Assembly (NCBI GenBank): GCA_029259175.1
Contig: JAPDJH010000012.1
Location: 1 to 62,624 of the forward strand
From: Hadesarchaea archaeon
Lineage (GTDB): Archaea; Hadarchaeota; Hadarchaeia; Hadarchaeales; Hadarchaeaceae
Length of the DNA stretch: 62,624 bases
Direction of reading: 5' to 3'
The notes beneath the pieces were generated by a model. That model was given only the letters and a program-made list of their open reading frames with translations. It ran no database searches and had not been told where the DNA came from. Shown piece by piece: positions 60,554 through 62,624 of the stretch. The position numbers and the translations under genes were made by a program. The stretch's first letter is position 1. Each line of letters starts with the position of its first letter.

Positions 60554-62624
60554 GTGTGGCGCGAAGCTCTTGGAACGAAGTACTTTTCCAAAAATGAATC
60601 GTCTCGTTCGAGGCGCGCGGGGGCCCTAACCCTGACTCTGCTCATGCTCACTGCCGGAGCTGTTGCATTCTTCAGCTTGATAACGTTCGAGCCCGCGCTC
60701 GTAGCTGCGTCACCAGTGCCAATTTTTTTTGAAGATAATTTCAACTCCTATACCGATGGAGACTTAAATGGACAAGGTGGCTGGAGTGGAGATACTGATT
60801 TTGATATTCAAGGAACTTTCACTTATGAGGGAGCAAAGGCAGTAAAATTCCAACCTTCTGCTGTAGCAGGAAAAAAAATAGCAAAATCAGGGAATCGAAG
60901 TTATGATGGGCGATTGGAGTATTGGTATTATACTGAGAACAACCAAATTAGAACTGGGGTGGATTTATATGAAGGAGAAACTTATTTATGCCGTTTAAAT
61001 TTTCACGATAGTGATGGCGCGGGAAATTCAGGAAATTACGTTTTGTTTAGAGTTTATGACCCTACCCAAGAAGCAAATGTAGCAATTAATATGGGAACTT
61101 ATACCACTGGCACTTGGTATCATTGTGTTATTGAATGGAGAAATTCAGATAAAAAATTTAGAGCCAGTTATGATGGAGGTTCAACCTGGACTGATTGGTA
61201 TCCGGCTTGGAATAATTATTCTTGGAGTTATGTGGATACAGTGAAACTAGTTGGAGATAGTACAGGAGCGGGTAAAATTTGTTATTGGGATAATATTGTT
61301 GGATGGGAGAATGACCAAACCGCCCCTCCTGCGCCCATCAACCTGACCGCGACCCCTAGCTCTTGGACCAACGTGAACTCCTTTACCCTGAACTGGACAA
61401 ACCCAGATGACCCATCCGGAATCGCTGGAGCTTATTACAAGCTAGACGCGGAGCCAACCTCGGCCACCGACGGAACCTACGATCCGTGGTCATCCGGATG
61501 GAGCTACCGCAGGAAGCTCACCATCGACCACACAAAGATCGATGAGGATCTGGAGAACTTCCCGGTGCTGGTGAGGCTTACCTCCGCCAACTTCGACTTC
61601 TCCAAAGCGAGGAGCGACGGGTACGACATCAGGTTCACAGCCTCAGATGGCACAACCTTGCTGAAATACGAGCGAGAAAGGCACGATTCTGAAAACCAGG
61701 TTGCGGAGTACTGGGTGAAGATCCCCTTCGTCTCCTCCACTACCGACACCGAGTTTTATATCTATTACGGAAACGAGAACGCCTCGGATGGAGCCGACCC
61801 GACCGCGGTCTGGGATAGTGATTTTATAGCAGTTTGGCATATGGACGATTTCCCTGACAATTCTCATATTAAAGATAGCACTCCGAATAATAATGATGGA
61901 ACAAAATTAAGTGCAGATAACCCGTTACAAATAGATGCGAAAGTTGGAAAAGGACAGGATTTTAGCAATGACAGAATTGAAATTGCAAATACCTTTTTAA
62001 ATGGTTTAACTTCTTTAACACTTGAACTTTGGTTGAATCCTGATTCTTATGATTACGATTACAATACTGTTTTTTCAAATCATGGCAACAACGATGCGAA
62101 TCTGACTATGGGACCTGATTTTTTGGATAAAATTTATTGTGTTGTAATAGACGAAAGTGGAAATTCTACAGGAGGGTATTTTGAAGTTTCACCTCCTCCA
62201 ACGGGAGTTTGGACGTATTTAACTTTCGTATGGGCTGGAGGAGATGGGATTGATTTATATATTAATGGAGATTATACTTCAACTCGAACTTCAGGAAATT
62301 CAATTACTTCTTTAAGAAATTGCACACATCCTTTATGGATAGGTCAACAAGATGGTTTTACCCGCGATTATAATGGAAAATTAGATGAAGTTCGCTTTTC
62401 TGCTGTTGCTCGTTCTGCCGCCTGGATAAAAGCCTCTTACCATTCTGAGAACGACACTTTATTAATTTATGGAAGTGAGGAGGCCTCCATACCTGCACTC
62501 ACCAACATCCAGGTCGAGGGAGACGGCGCCCACACGATTTACGTCTGGCTGCGCGACGGGGCCGGCAACGTCGACCACCAGAACCGCAGCTCGACCACGC
62601 TCTACCTCGACCAGACCCCACCGT
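60554..62624 (+). CDS. Large secreted protein with DUF2341 and LamG/ConA-like domains nested in an Ig-like module; runs off the right edge
   Basis: Missing from the ORF track (no stop in the window). GGAGG RBS then TTG/GTG; signal-like ALTLTLLMLTAGAVAFFSL; FEDNFNSY..L.GQGGW; WSYRRKLTID..FPVLV..DIRF..YWVKIP..YIYYGN; G.LDEVRFS..RSAAWI. Same frame at the start, 61499 and the end. Confidence 0.88.
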   Translation, partial: MWREALGTKYFSKNESSRSRRAGALTLTLLMLTAGAVAFFSLITFEPALVAASPVPIFFEDNFNSYTDGDLNGQGGWSGDTDFDIQGTFTYEGAKAVKFQPSAVAGKKIAKSGNRSYDGRLEYWYYTENNQIRTGVDLYEGETYLCRLNFHDSDGAGNSGNYVLFRVYDPTQEANVAINMGTYTTGTWYHCVIEWRNSDKKFRASYDGGSTWTDWYPAWNNYSWSYVDTVKLVGDSTGAGKICYWDNIVGWENDQTAPPAPINLTATPSSWTNVNSFTLNWTNPDDPSGIAGAYYKLDAEPTSATDGTYDPWSSGWSYRRKLTIDHTKIDEDLENFPVLVRLTSANFDFSKARSDGYDIRFTASDGTTLLKYERERHDSENQVAEYWVKIPFVSSTTDTEFYIYYGNENASDGADPTAVWDSDFIAVWHMDDFPDNSHIKDSTPNNNDGTKLSADNPLQIDAKVGKGQDFSNDRIEIANTFLNGLTSLTLELWLNPDSYDYDYNTVFSNHGNNDANLTMGPDFLDKIYCVVIDESGNSTGGYFEVSPPPTGVWTYLTFVWAGGDGIDLYINGDYTSTRTSGNSITSLRNCTHPLWIGQQDGFTRDYNGKLDEVRFSAVARSAAWIKASYHSENDTLLIYGSEEASIPALTNIQVEGDGAHTIYVWLRDGAGNVDHQNRSSTTLYLDQTPP

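Overview
Archaeal chromosomal window, judged from RadA, multi-OB RPA, RFC-S, CDC48, a THUMP tRNA methyltransferase, RNase Z, AOR, an F420-dependent NADP reductase, an H/ACA guide RNA and GGTGA-type RBSs. A Hadarchaeota/MSBL1-like lineage is my inference only. About 3-39.5 kb is mostly housekeeping: rnhB, topA, a trehalose/MscS cluster, rfcS, ileS, class II HMG-CoA reductase, rpa-radA, minD, a heat-shock operon (Cas2-like ORF-hsp20-cdc48-PRC barrel), prs, trm11-like, rnz, npdG, glmM-like, aor, pdxT and tRNA-Ala(GGC). About 39.5-62.6 kb is an accessory surface/conflict region. It holds decayed toxin-antitoxin genes, two paralogous ArsR-type regulators with a shared upstream motif, a second MinD, and several very large secreted proteins. 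The most striking feature is a 2638-aa secreted protein (43399-51315). It combines bacterial cell-wall-binding modules (3 LysM, 5 SH3b-like, 1 endolysin-type DUF3597-like) with three enzymatic domains whose catalytic motifs look intact (transglutaminase-like Cys protease, thermonuclease, caspase-like peptidase) and a duplicated Gly-rich toxin-like domain, making it a candidate archaeal anti-bacterial multi-warhead protein. Other notable signals: 'matryoshka' nested-domain surface proteins, twin 20-bp palindromes ahead of the Cas2-like-led heat-shock operon, a three-hairpin H/ACA RNA, and a diverged ~155-bp non-coding direct repeat flanking hicAB. All domain calls are from motif recognition by eye, not database searches.
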